Assembly: GCF_963921235.1 (NCBI RefSeq)
Contig: NC_086097.1
Coordinates: forward strand, 119,104,001-119,168,000
Length of the DNA: 64,000 bases
From: Mobula hypostoma
Taxonomy: Eukaryota
Direction of reading: 5' to 3'
The position numbers and the translations under genes are program-made. How positions within the stretch are numbered: the stretch's first letter is position 1; every line of letters begins with the position of its first letter. Positions 37,734-49,769 of this stretch are shown here, one piece after another. Below the pieces are notes generated by a model. The model was not told where the DNA came from. It worked only from the letters and a program-made list of their open reading frames with translations, and ran no database searches.

Positions 37734-38325
37734 GTCTACAAGAAGGGCCAGAGCCGTCTCTATTCCTGAGGAGACTGAGGTCCTTTAACATCTGCCGGAC
37801 GATGCTGAGGATGTTCTACGAGTCTGTGGTGACCAGTGCTATCATGTTTGCTGTTGTGTGCTGGGGCAGCAGGCTGAGGGTGGCAGACTCCAACAGAATC
37901 AACAAACTCATTTGTAAAGCCAGTGATGTTGTGGGGATGGAACTGGACTCTCTCACGGTGGTGTCTGAAAAGAGGATGCTGTCTAAATTGCATGCCATCT
38001 TGGAGAATGTCTCCAATCCACTACATAATGTACTGGGTGGGCACAGGAGTACAGTCAGCCAGAGACTCATCCCACCGAGATGCGACACAGAGCATCATAG
38101 GAAGTCATTCCTGCCTGTGGCCATCAAACTTTACAACTCCTCCCTTGGAGGGTCAGACATCCTGAACCAATAGGCTGGTCCTGGCCTTATTTCATAATTT
38201 ACTGGCATAATTTACATATTACTATTTAACTATTTATGGTTCTGTTACTAGTTATTATTTATGGAGCAACTGTAACGAAAACCAATTTCCCCCGGAATTA
38301 ATAAAGTATGACTATGACTATGACT
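37734..38325 (+). mobile_element. 5'-truncated Rex1/Babar LINE with (ACTATG)n tail, inserted in CR1 ORF1
   Basis: FLRRLRSFNICRTMLRMFYESVV…RKSFLPVAIKLYNS largely intact; ATCT duplicated at both ends. Confidence 0.88.
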
Positions 38326-38397
38326 ATCTCAGAACGACTGCAGAGTATTCTCAAGAGGGAGGGTGTGCATCCGGTGGTCTTGATTCACAGGGTTGTG

Positions 38398-39570
38398 ATG
38401 ACGTTGGTAGAGAGGGGGAAGAGGTCCTGTACACCGAGTGTAAGGAGATGACATTAGTAGAAGGGGGAAGAGGTCCTGTACACCGAGTGTAAGGAGATGA
38501 CGTTGGTAGAAGGGGGAAGAGGTCCTGTACACTGAGCATAAGGAGATGACGTTGGTAGAAGGGGGAAGAGGTCCTGTACACTGAGCATAAGGAGATGACA
38601 TTGGTAGAAGGGGAAGAGGTCCTGTACACTGAGCATAAGGAGATGACGTTGGTAGAAGGGGGAAGAGGTCCTGTACACTGAGCATAAGGAGATGACGTTG
38701 GTAGAAGGGGGAAGAGGTCCTGTACACCGAGTGTAAGGAGATGACGTTGGTAGAAGGGGGAAGAGGTCCTGTACACCGAGTGTAAGGAGATGACGTTGGT
38801 AGAAGGGGGAAGAGGTCCTGTACACCGAGTGTAAGGAGATGACGTTGGTAGAAGGGGGAAGAGGTCCTGTACACTGAGCATAAGGAGATGACGTTGGTAG
38901 AAGGGGGAAGAGGTCCTGTACACTGAGCATAAGGAGATGACATTGGTAGAAGGGGAAGAGGTCCTGTACACTGAGCATAAGGAGATGACGTTGGTAGAAG
39001 GGGGAAGAGGTCCTGTACACTGAGTGTAAGGAGATGACGTTGGTAGAAGGGGGAAGAGGTCCTGTACACCGAGTGTAAGGAGATGACGTTGGTAGAAGGG
39101 GGAAGAGGTCCTGTACACCGAGTGTAAGGAGATGACGTTGGTAGAAGGGGGAAGAGGTCCTGTACACTGAGCATAAGGAGATGACATTGGTAGAAGGGGA
39201 AGAGGTCCTGTACACTGAGCATAAGGAGATGACGTTGGTAGAAGGGGGAAGAGGTCCTGTACACCGAGTGTAAGGAGATGACGTTGGTAGAAGGGGGAAG
39301 AGGTCCTGTACACTGAGCATAAGGAGATGATATTGGTAGAAGGGGAAGAGGTCCTGTACACCGAGTGTAAGGAGATGACGTTGGTAGAAGGGGGAAGAGG
39401 TCCTGTACACTGAGCATAAGGAGATGACGTTGGTAGAAGGGGGAAGAGGTCCTGTACACCGAGTGTAAGGAGCTGACATTGGTAGAAGGGGGAAGAGGTC
39501 CTGTACGCTGAGCATAAGGAGATGACGTTGGTAGAAGGGGGAAGAGGTCCTGTACACCGAGTGTAAGGAG
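38398..39570 (+). repeat. Minisatellite, 24 copies of a 48-50-bp (mostly 49-bp) unit derived from CR1 ORF1
   Basis: Unit ATGACGTTGGTAGAAGGGGGAAGAGGTCCTGTACAC(C/T)GAG(TG/CA)TAAGGAG; CR1 frame resumes FGKRLKSRTSKAVISG at 39571. Confidence 0.95.
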
Positions 39571-39669
39571 TTCGGGAAGAGACTGAAGAGCAGGACCTCC
39601 AAGGCAGTAATCTCTGGGTTTCTCCCAGCGCCACATGCAAGTCATAGCTAGAATAGGATGGTAGCACAG

Positions 39670-40285
39670 GTGTCAAAATGGCTGTTGTAACACACCTAGT
39701 CTGGTGGTGTAGTAAGTAGTGCTTGTCACTCTCACTTTGTTTCCACCGCAGGCTAGCAGACTTACAAAGAAAGAGTGTCTGCCTGCCAGTACATAGCCTC
39801 TCCAATAGCAAGCCTCATGTAGTGCCTCCTCGCAGGCGACACACGGAAACTGAACTCCTTTTGGACTCAGACTGAACTACAGAGGAACGGGAGGAGTTCT
39901 GACCCCTGCATACCCAGCATGCAGGCCCACCGGTGTGTGGGCAAACCCTGGCACTCATGAACCAGCTGCCCAGCTATGAAGGAATCGCCGCACTGCCTTG
40001 TGGGTGGCCTCAGAAGACACGAAGACTATGGGAGTACACCCAGATAGCAAATCCAGAGTGGAGTCCATAAGGTGGCTGAATGTCATTGAATATCTTTCTG
40101 GCGGCTCCTGCAGCCAAGATGATACCAAATGTATTGCTTCATAAGCTTTCCTTTGGACTGCACCGGTGAGGCTGAGAGGGGGATCTTGACGACTGGGCAT
40201 CTCAGGATCTCCATACCTTCTGCCCAGACTTGTGATGATGATCATCATCACCCATTGTCCTTCGAGGCAGGCAGATGCCAACCAT
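39670..40285. mobile_element. Unclassified interspersed repeat inserted in CR1 ORF1
   Basis: Splits CR1 ORF1 between NRMVAQ and …DHWNLFWG; shares blocks with 20604-20880 in reverse orientation. Confidence 0.65.
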
Positions 40286-41412
40286 CACAAATGAAGATGG
40301 TGCAGTGGGGCAATGTTTCTGATTTCCGGATCATTGGAATCTCTTCTGGGGAAGGTGTGACCTTTACGAAAATGATGGGATACACCTGAATCTGAGGGGT
40401 ACAAATACCTTTGCAGGCAGGCTTTCTAGCACTATAGGGGATGGTTTAAAACTATTTGACAGGGGTTGGGAACCAAAGTGATAGGGCTGAGGATAGGCAG
40501 TTGTATACAAGTAGGTGCAGTGCGTAGTGAGAATGAAGAAGAATAGGCAGATGATTGGGCAAAACTGCAGTCAATGGGATGAGTTGAAGTGTAACATCAG
40601 GACAAAATTGAAAAGTTAATGAATCCATGACTGAAGTTGTTATATTTGAATGCACACAGGGCACAGACTAAAGTAGAAGTTGTAGTGTAGTTAGAGATTG
40701 ACAGGTATGTTATTGTGGGACTACTTAGTCATGGCTGAAAGAAAATCATAGTTGGGAGCTTAACATCTCAGAATCCACATTGTGTCAAAAGGACAGGAAG
40801 GTAGGTAGAGGCGGGGGGCGACTCTGTTGACAAAAGAATGAAATCAATTTCTTGGAAAGAGGTGACATAGGATTGGAAGACGTGGTATCCTTGTGGGTAG
40901 ATTTAAGAAACTACTGGGGTAAAATGATCCCAATGGAAGTTATATACAGGCCTCCGAACAATAGTCAGGGTGTGGATTACAAATTACAACGGGAGATAGA
41001 TAAGGCTTGAAATAAATACAATATAATGATAGTGATGGGAGATTTCAATTTGCAAGTCAACTGGAATAATAAGGTGAGTGCTACATAAGAGATGGAACTT
41101 GTAGAATGTCTACAAGATAGCTTTTTAGAGCATCTTGAGCTTGAACCCACTAGGGAAAAGGTAATTCTGGACTGAGTGTTGCGTAATGAACCAGATTTGA
41201 TGTGGGACCTTAAAGTAAAGGAACCCTTAGGAGACAGTGATCATAATTTAACAGAATTTACCCTGCAATTTTAGAGGGAGAAGATAAAGTCAGGTATATC
41301 AGGACCACAGTGGAGTAATGGGAACTACAGAGACATGAGGACCTGGCCAATATCAATTGGAAAGGGACATGAGGATGGTAGACAGCAGAGCAGCGATAGC
41401 TGGAGTTTCTGG

Positions 41413-42260
41413 AGTTACATCATCAGCAACAATGAATATAGAATTGAGTAAGGTTTTATAAACAAACATAAACATTTATTAAACTCTGCTCAACGATTAA
41501 TTTAACCGGAAGTTAACTGCGATATGGCAACTCAAGAACAGTTCTTAAAGTGGTAAATTCGAACAGTCTTAAAGTGGTAAATTCAAAAGTCCAAGTGATT
41601 TATACAGTCAGTAAGGAGAGACTTCTCTGGAAACGGATTTCTTCGAAGACGTGATGGTACTGCTGATCCTGTCCAAAGGATTCATGACGAAGGAAATAAA
41701 ACAGTTTAAAGGAACTGAACTTTCTTTTGGGTGGTGAACACTGCACAAACCTTCCTGATCTTGCAAGAGTTATCTCAGATGCAGGCCACTCTCCCTGAAC
41801 AAAGATTCAATAAGGTCAATCCTTTATGAAACTGCTGAACGACACAGACTTTACTCAATCCTTCAGGTTCCCGTACTTCGGTAAGGTCTTCACTCCCCAA
41901 TGCTAGACTGTAAAGATAAATCAAAAGTACACCAAGAAAAAACTGGCAGTGATTGGCGAAACTGCCAGCACAATGATTTCACCTTACAATAGAAAGTAAA
42001 ACTCCGCTTTAAAACAAAACTGCAACGTGAGACGAATACGAAGCATAACGGAGTAACTGATGAACAAAACAACAAACTAAACTGCGTAACAACAGGGGTT
42101 TCCCTTTTATTTATCTGTAGGGAACATGACATCACATGACCTCACACTGGTGAGAAAATTACATCACCCACCATCACAAGACCATTACATCATGCTCACA
42201 AGATACTCAATTACATCATGGTCATAAGACAGTCACAAGATACCCACGATGTATGTAACA
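41413..42260 (-). mobile_element. Solo LTR inserted in CR1 ORF2, 4-bp TSD
   Basis: Ends (A)GTTAC…GTAACA; CTGG at 41409-41412 and 42261-42264; similar to 17348-18241. Confidence 0.85.
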
Positions 42261-43135
42261 CTGGGGACAATTCAGAAGGTGCAGGATAGATACATCTGAA
42301 AAATAAAGGAATATTCTATAGAGAGGATGAGGCAACTGTGGCTGACAACAGAAGTCAAAGACAGTATAAAGAGAAAAAAGATAGGGCATAAAATATAGCA
42401 AAAATAGTGGGAAGTTAAAAGATAGGAAGTATTTAAAAATCAACAGAAGACAATGAATAAGGAGAGAAAAGATGAAATATAAAGGTAAGCTAGCCAATAA
42501 TGTTGTGGTGCTCCGGGTGTAGTTGACAACTACCCCCAGCATTCCTAGTAGCCAACACTACTTATTGTGCATGGTGTAGAATTATCGTGAGGTGTTCAAG
42601 CTCATTTATTGTTACATCTTAGCTCGAGTTAGACAGTTGTTTGCTTGTGTGTTTGTGTGTCATGCTGAATGCAACTGAGGTGTGTAATAATCACCTTCCC
42701 TGCCTGTATATGATTGAACAGTTCTCACTGAACGATGGTGCCATGCCTGTTATTGTGCTTGTCACAATAAAAATGGCAGTTGAGATAAATGAGCTTTTCT
42801 TGTCAGTCATCATGGTGTCAGAAGTGGGATTAGAAATTGATGGCAAAATTGAAGAACTACAACGTTGGATGGAGTGCCTCAAGACCCAGGGAATAAATTG
42901 AGAGACAGAGCCGTATGCCTCCCCTGCACCCCAGAGTCAGGCCTCCACAGACGCGACACCTAACCAAAGAGAGAACGTGTCATGGTCCGGCCTGTGGTCT
43001 GCATTCAATCCGGTTCACGGTCCGGTCCATTGTTCCCTATTCCAGGTTTTCCCAGTTTTCCTCAGTTTCTGTTGAGGCAGCTGATTCTCGTTTGGATCGA
43101 TTTCATAAATAGCTTCAGGATTCAGCCTCTGGCTG

Positions 43136-44278
43136 TGATAAATGATATCTTTCATCAGGTAGGGACAGGATTTGGCAAATCATTGTTCTCAGGCGATGGT
43201 GCAATCTGGAAAAGAGGAAGAAACATTAAGTATATATTAAGTCAGATACAGAAGGCTTTAAGATCAGTTGAAAATTGGGCTAATAAATGGGGTTTCAGGA
43301 TTTCTGCTTTTAAGTCCAAATATCTGAATTTTGGCTTTAGGAGAAAGATTCCTGATTGTGAATTGTGTCTATATGATTCTCCACTAGAAAAAGTCAAGGT
43401 ATTCAAGTTTTTTAGGTGCCTGGTTTGATGAAAGACTTACTTGAGGGTTCATATTGATAAAACAATTGGAAAGTGTGAGAGAGTTTTAAATGTTATGATA
43501 AGTTTTGTTGGATGCGACTGGGGAGCAGGGCGGGAAGCTATGTACTTAATATATCTAGCTATGATTAGATCAGTTATAGATTATGGTTGTATTGTTTCTG
43601 GTTCCGCTGCTATGGCAGTGCTTGGAAAACTAGACACTGTGCAGTCCAAAGCACTTAGACTCTGTTCTGGATCTTTTAGAACATCAGTCCCGGCATTATG
43701 TGTGGAGATGGGAGAAGAGCCTCTGCATTTAAGACGAATTCAGTTGGGCCTGAAGTATTGAGTAAAACTAAATGGATTCATTCACAGCTGTCTACCGAAG
43801 TGTCTTTTGCAGGGGAAGTCAGAGCACCAAAGTAAAATTAAAATTTACCAATTTTTAGATTTGGTTAATAACTGGGCTGTGAAATTGAAACTGACTGAGG
43901 AAGACCTAGTTGACCAAATTTGCCTGCCACCCGTCCCTTTTTGTCTCTTTCCAGAACCAGAATTAGACCTATTCCTCCTTTTTCAGCTTCAAGGAAGCAG
44001 TGCAATTTCATCAGTGTTGATCGCAAATGAATATTTAAATAATAAATAGGGATCATCTGAAGATTTTTACTGATGGCTCAGTGGACCCAGAGAGCAGTAG
44101 GGCAGGATTTGGGATGTATGTTAATTATACATCCTGCAGAGGGATGTAATATGCCTAGATGCATCTAAACAGCCGGAAAGAGGAGGAGGAGGAGGAGAAG
44201 GAGGAGAAGAAGAAGAAGAAGAAGAAGAAGAAGAAGAAGAAGAAGAAGAAGAAGAAGAAGAAGAAGAAGAAGAAGAAT
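43136..44278 (+). mobile_element. I-group (Nimb-like) LINE, 5'-truncated RT plus start of RNase H, with (GAA)n tail
   Basis: INDIF…SLFSGDGAIWKRGRN…WGFRIS; WGAGRE…IYLAMIRSVIDYGC; IFTDGS; TSD CCTCTGGCTG/CCACTGGCTG at 43126-43135 and 44279-44288. Confidence 0.85.
44178..44277. repeat. (GAG)n-(GAA)n microsatellite, the LINE tail
   Basis: Direct reading. Confidence 0.95.
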
Positions 44279-47200
44279 CCACTGGCTGCTGGACTGTTCC
44301 CTACCTTCCCTTCCTTCTGTATCCCTGACAGTTGCCACGACAAGTTACCTCGCCAGTTACCACGGCAAGTTCCCTCGGCAGCCACCCCGGCCTTGTGTCC
44401 TAAAAAGGGTCTGGCCCTGAATCCTGAAAAGCATCCTGACCCCTACATTCAAGAAAGGAGCCCGGCCCTGCGTCCTGGAAAGCATCCTGGCCCTGTGTCC
44501 TAGAAGGGTCCCGGTGGCTCCGAGCCCCAAGAAGGAGTCCCGGCTCCAAGCCCCGCCAACGTACCCAAGAGCCAGCCAAGCCGGGTCCTGGAACCACGTC
44601 CCGCCCAGGAGTACCTCGTCCAATCCAAGAGTCAAGAGCCGAGCCCGGCTGAATCCGCAGTTCCATGCCCAGCCCAGTGCTGGAATTCCTCGTCCCATCC
44701 TGGAGTCCCTCATCACGCCCGAGAACCTTTCCTTGTCCAAGCCTCATCCTAAAGCCTCGTCCAGTCCATGTCAAGGCTTCATATTCCCTGTACTATTTTT
44801 GTTTCTCATCTGTTCTTAGTACCAAGTCCTCACCTGGATCCAGATTCCGAGTCCAAGTCAAGACCCATGTTCTGGGTCCCTGTGCAGTCTCTGGCTCAGA
44901 GTCCTAGTTCAGGCTCCTTGTTTCAATTTCCTTGTCCAGGTCCTAAGCTCCCAGTCCAAGTCTTAGCCCAGGCCTGGTGTCCTTGTCTCGTCTAGGGTCT
45001 GTGTCATGTCCAGCATCATTTCCTCCAAACTTCCCTTGCCTTCTGGACACTCCTAGTCCGGTTCCTAGTACGTCAGTGCCTGTGCCTTGCATTTGGGGCC
45101 AGACACCAGCGCCCCCTTATGACAGAACTTGGGAACAGAGCATCGTGTTTTCCCAGGAAACCCTGATGAGGCAAGTGTACTCAGGCTCCCCAGTCTGGGA
45201 TACACAGCGGAGCGCATCACCTGCCTCGCTTGTGGCCCGCACCAGGAAACCCAAGACACTGTACCTGTGGGAGGATATGCAATGCAGCAGGTACCACCAG
45301 CGATGCTGGAAAAGAAGGAGGACCAAAAAAGGCCCCAGCAGTTAATGGCACAAGGCCCACCCTGAAGCTCTCCAGATACAATGGTTCCGGCCATCTGGAG
45401 ACTTTCCTGGCGCAAGTCAAACTTACCCCATGGCACAATGGATGGAGCCCTACAGAAGCTGCAGTGCACCTTCCTCTGGCACTGGAGGGAGATGCCTTGT
45501 GGGCTGTCCTCAACCTAATGCCAGCTGAGCACCATGACTACAGGGTCTTCATAGTGGCGCTGGAGCAGTGCTTTGAGCAGAGGCCATTGGAGGAGGTAAT
45601 GATGGAAGAATTGGACATTAGGTGGGGTCATGTGGGAAAACGGCTGGGAGCGATTGTGGCAGATCTCCGCCACTGTGCTCGGCAAGAGTGCCCTGAGTCC
45701 CCTCCCGCAGCCCAAGAAGAGTTTGCTCTCCACGCCATGATATAGGTGCCATAGCTGGAGCACCTTCGGCCTCACATTCACCTCACATTCGCCTCACATT
45801 GCCATCAATGCTGGCTAAAGTGCTGGTGGGGACGGAGAGGGCAGAAGCAAGTTTACCCCCCAAAAAGCATTCCACCATAACCACGCACACTGCAAGTCCA
45901 GGCTTGTGTTACCAAGGTGGAGAACGAAACTGACAAGGAGGAGCTTGTCATGAAGTGATCTCTGCTACCGGTATGGTGAGGCAACCATGTGGTCTGGTAC
46001 TGTCCCGTGCCACAACCCAGCGCAGCCATCGGGAAACACCGAGCGGATGGCACCATGAGGGAAGCACCACCCGAGACGTCCAGCAGAGTCCTTCTGTTGT
46101 CGCCTCCCCAGCTGGGCTGTTTGAGTCAGGAGCAAGGCTTATATGTGGACTGCATGTAGAGGGCATCAGATGCCGCGTTGGTGGACACAGGATCAACCAT
46201 CAGCTGGGGGGTGTCCTTCCTAACACAGAACAGCCATCCCCGCCTGGCTGGACAATGACGATGGTCTGGCTGGCTACGGGCACCTGCGATTGTGCGGCAA
46301 TGAGAGGGAAGAGATGGCTGTGCAACGCAGTGGGGAAGAACACAGAGGAGCACGAGGTGTGGCTAGCCAACCTCCAGGATTCCTGCATCATGGTCCTGGT
46401 CTTGCTGTCCCGCTGGGGGGCCTGTGCGGATGTGCAGGGGGCAATACTCTACCTCGGCACTGAAGCCGTGGCTCTCCGGCAGGGTATCTCCAGGAAGCGG
46501 ATCAGGCAGGTGCAGCAACAATCACCACAAGTCTCACAACGGCTCACCGCAGTGCAGCACACCCCGCAGTGGCCCAACTCAACGCAGCGCACATCACCAA
46601 AACCTCAGATGCAGTATTGCACACCTTCACCGACCACCACAGCACAGCTTACCGTGCCTTGGTCATCTTCAACTGCATTGGCGCAACATGATGACATCAG
46701 CAGCACTGCTGTGGCACCCCCCAGGAAAACCAACCTGGCAATGCAGGAGCTGTGGCAGCCAGGGCTTAGATAAGGACCAGCATCAGCGGCAGAAAGACCT
46801 CCTGGACCAGCACCTCGACATCTTTGCAGCCAGGGTCAAGGACTGCAGGTGCACGAGGCTGGTCTAACACCAAATTAACACTGAGGATGATCAGGGCACC
46901 TGCCTGAGTCCCCATTGTTTGGCCCTCGCAAGGCGGAGGAGCAGCGGATCAAAGGGATGGCAGCAGCTGGCATGATTGCACCCTCTGACAGCCCATGGGC
47001 AGCCCCAACAGTGCTGGTCAGGAAGCAAGATGTATCGTGGCAGTTCTGCATAGACTACCGCTGTCTCAACGCCGTGACCCAGAAGGACTCCTACCCGCCG
47101 CCCCGAATTGATGATGCCCCGGACTGTATCGCGGGCTTGACCTTGTTCAGCTCTCTCAATCTCCGCAGTTAACTGGCAGGTTGAAATGGCCCCAAAATGG

Positions 47201-49769
47201 CCCAAGATTGCCTTCACAATTGGTCAAGGGTTGCGGCACTTGCACATCGTAGAAAGGGCCTGGCGTCCAGTCTAGGGCACCAATGCATCAGTACTTGGTG
47301 GGGCCCCAATGCAGCAGACAGGAGTGGGACATCCTGGGCCCCTTCCCCAGAACTAATACCAGGATCCACTACATACTCGTGGCCATGGATTACTTCATGA
47401 AGTGGCCAGAGGAGTACACGGTCATGAACCTCCACTGCTGAGAGTCTCGTGGAGGAGTCCTTCTGCTGTTTCAGTCTGCCTGAGGAACTCCACAGTGACC
47501 AACAGTGCACCTTTGAGAGGCAGGTATTTAGTGAGATCTCCAGGCACCTGGGAACCGCCAAAACACGGACTACCTCCCTTCACCCGCAAAGTAATGGGCT
47601 GGTGGAGTGTTTTAACCACAGCCTAGCTACACAGCTAGCCATCCTTGTCAACCAGCACCAGCACAATTGGAATAGCTATCTACCCCTAGTGTTGTGGGCA
47701 TACCGGGCATCAGCTCAGGGGAGCACCAGGTGTACATCGGCTGTGCGCATGTTTGGGTGGGAGCTGCAAACTCTGGTGGATCTGGTGTTTGGCCAGCTGC
47801 CCGATCCAGAGATTCCTGGGGAGACCGGGTTGGAGATCTTGATTCACGATGAAGTTCGGCAGAACCAAAGCACTGCTTGTGGCTGCCAAAAGCAGGCTCC
47901 TGATGCCTGCAGCTGGGGACAGTACTTTTTTGTGGGGACCCGAGTATGGGTCTTCTGCCCCAATCAGGAAAAATGATCTATCCCCCAAGCTTGGAAGCCA
48001 CTAGAAGGGGTTGGGACAGGTGCTCGATTGCATCTCTGATGCAGTATACCAGATGCGGTTGAATGGCAGAAGAGACTGGCTGGCACCATATCTGCCCTTG
48101 GTCACCACCAACCCAGTGAGGCTGAGAGAAGGAGGTGACAGTCTAGGAAGTGCCCGGCCTCTTGCCTCACCAAACAGTCCTGCCCCGGGGGGGGGGGAGC
48201 TACAGACTCCCCCAGCATCTCAGGCAGTGGTGTCAACCACCACTGGGAGTTCGGGACATGGTTTGGACTCTGGGGTTGCCGGAGATGGCTGGCCCATCAA
48301 ATGGGGGTAATGTGGCGCTCCAGGGCCATGAACGACAGCTTGCCCCTGCATTCCTAGCAGCCAGTGATACTCATTGTTCTTATTTTAAGACATATTTAGT
48401 AGAACTATGGTGAGATGTTCAAGTTCATTTATTGCTACATTTTAGCTCGGGTTATACAATTGTTTGCTTATTTGTTCATGTGCCACCCTGAACGTAGCAT
48501 GGGTATGTAATAATCACCTCCCCAGTCTGTATGTGACTTAGTTCTCACCGAGCTATTGTGCTCTGTTTGTTATTGTGCTTGTTGTGATAAAAACAGCAGT
48601 TGAAATAAACGAGCTTTTCACCCCTGTCATCATGGACCAAAGGCTTCCCACAATATAGAAGACTACACCAAAAGTTTTTTCAGATATATCAAGGGTAAAT
48701 GAAAGGTGAGAGATACTAGAGAGGTACTAATGTGATAAGAATAAATGGTGGACAAACTTAATAAGTATTTTGCATCAGGCTCACTCCTGGAAGACACAAA
48801 CTATATGCCAGAAATTCAAGTGTGTCAGAGGGCAGAAGTGAGTGTAGTTGCTATGACTAGATAGAAAGTGCTTGGTAAAATGAAAGATCTGAAGGTACAT
48901 AAGTTACCAGGATCAGATGGACTACACCCTAAGGTTATGAAAGAGGAGACTTCGGTAATGATCTTCCAAAAATCACAAGATTTTGGAATGGTGGCAGAGG
49001 ACTGGAAAAATTCAAATGTTGCTCCACTCTTTAAGAACAGACAGAGGCAGAAGAAAGGAAATTCTAGGTCAGTTAGTCTGACTTCAATAGTTTGAAACAC
49101 GTTGGAGTCTTATTAAGGATGAGGTTTCGAGGTACTTGGAGGCGCATGGTAAAGTAGGGCAAATTCAGCATGGTTTCCTTAAGGGGAATTTTTGCCTGTG
49201 AAATCTGTTGTTATTATTTGAAGAAGTAACAAGGAGGATAAACAAAAGAGAATTGATGGATGTTGTGTACTTGGATTTTCAGAAGGCCTTTGACAAGGTG
49301 CCAAACATAAAGCTGCTTAACAAGATAGAGCCCATGGTATTACTACATGAAAGATATTTGTATGGAAAGAAGATTGGCTGACTGGCAGTAGGTAAAAAGT
49401 GGGAATGAGGGGAGCCTTTTCTGGTTGGCCGCCAGTGACTATTGGCGTTCCGCAGGGGTCAATGCGGAGACAGCTTCTTTTCACGAAGTTCTTCAAAGAG
49501 CTGGATGATGGTATTGATGGCTTCGTGGCCAGGTTTGTGCATGATATGAAGATAGATGGAGGGTCAAGTAGTGTTAAGGAAGCAGGGAGTCTGCAGAAGG
49601 ACTAAGACAGGTTGGTAGAATGAAAAAGAAGAAGCAGATGAAATATAGTGTAGGGAAGTGTATAGTCGTGCACTTTAGTGGAAGGAATAAAGATATAGAC
49701 TATTTTCTAAACAGGGAGCGTTGATAAAGCAGTAGCTGAAGGGAGCCTTTTCCGGTTGACGTCGGGCAG

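Larger units (their letters stand above)
42978..45124. mobile_element. Second, unrelated solo LTR nested in the Gypsy gag region
   Basis: Termini TGTCAT…ATGACA; flanks GAACG/GAACT; GC-rich with internal short repeats. Confidence 0.75.
42504..48652 (+). mobile_element. Gypsy LTR retrotransposon with both LTRs (42504-42812; 48311-48652), decayed, RT C-terminus and RNase H deleted
   Basis: Primer-binding site (PBS) TGGTGTCAGAAGTGGGAT at 42813-42830 (tRNA-Leu type); gag RYNGSGHLETFLAQ; protease ALVDTGSTIS; RT SPWAAPTVLVRKQD…FCIDYRCLN; integrase PEELHSDQ…HPQSNGLVECFN; flanks ATGT/ATAT. Confidence 0.92.
36910..49720 (+). mobile_element. CR1 LINE (5' UTR, ORF1 zinc finger and esterase, ORF2 APE-RT, 3' end missing) fragmented by nested insertions
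   Basis: ORF1 AVECSS…CRK…LQLLTDR, RRLCGRERDARMMYWLPGARVQDI|SERLQSILKREG; ORF2 VIYRPPN, VMGDFN, KGKLANN resuming after 48652, VYLDFQKAFDKVP. Confidence 0.9.

Noticed and set aside
38398..39570. CRISPR-like array
   Set aside because: Units are contiguous with no unique spacers, no cas genes are present, and the unit derives from CR1 ORF1.
38329..39811. Three long minus-strand ORFs (382-486 aa) as real proteins
   Set aside because: They arise because the tandem unit lacks stop codons on that strand; the same peptides cycle through all three frames.
44155..44503. Poly-Lys/Glu and poly-Phe ORFs
   Set aside because: Translations of the (GAA)n LINE tail.
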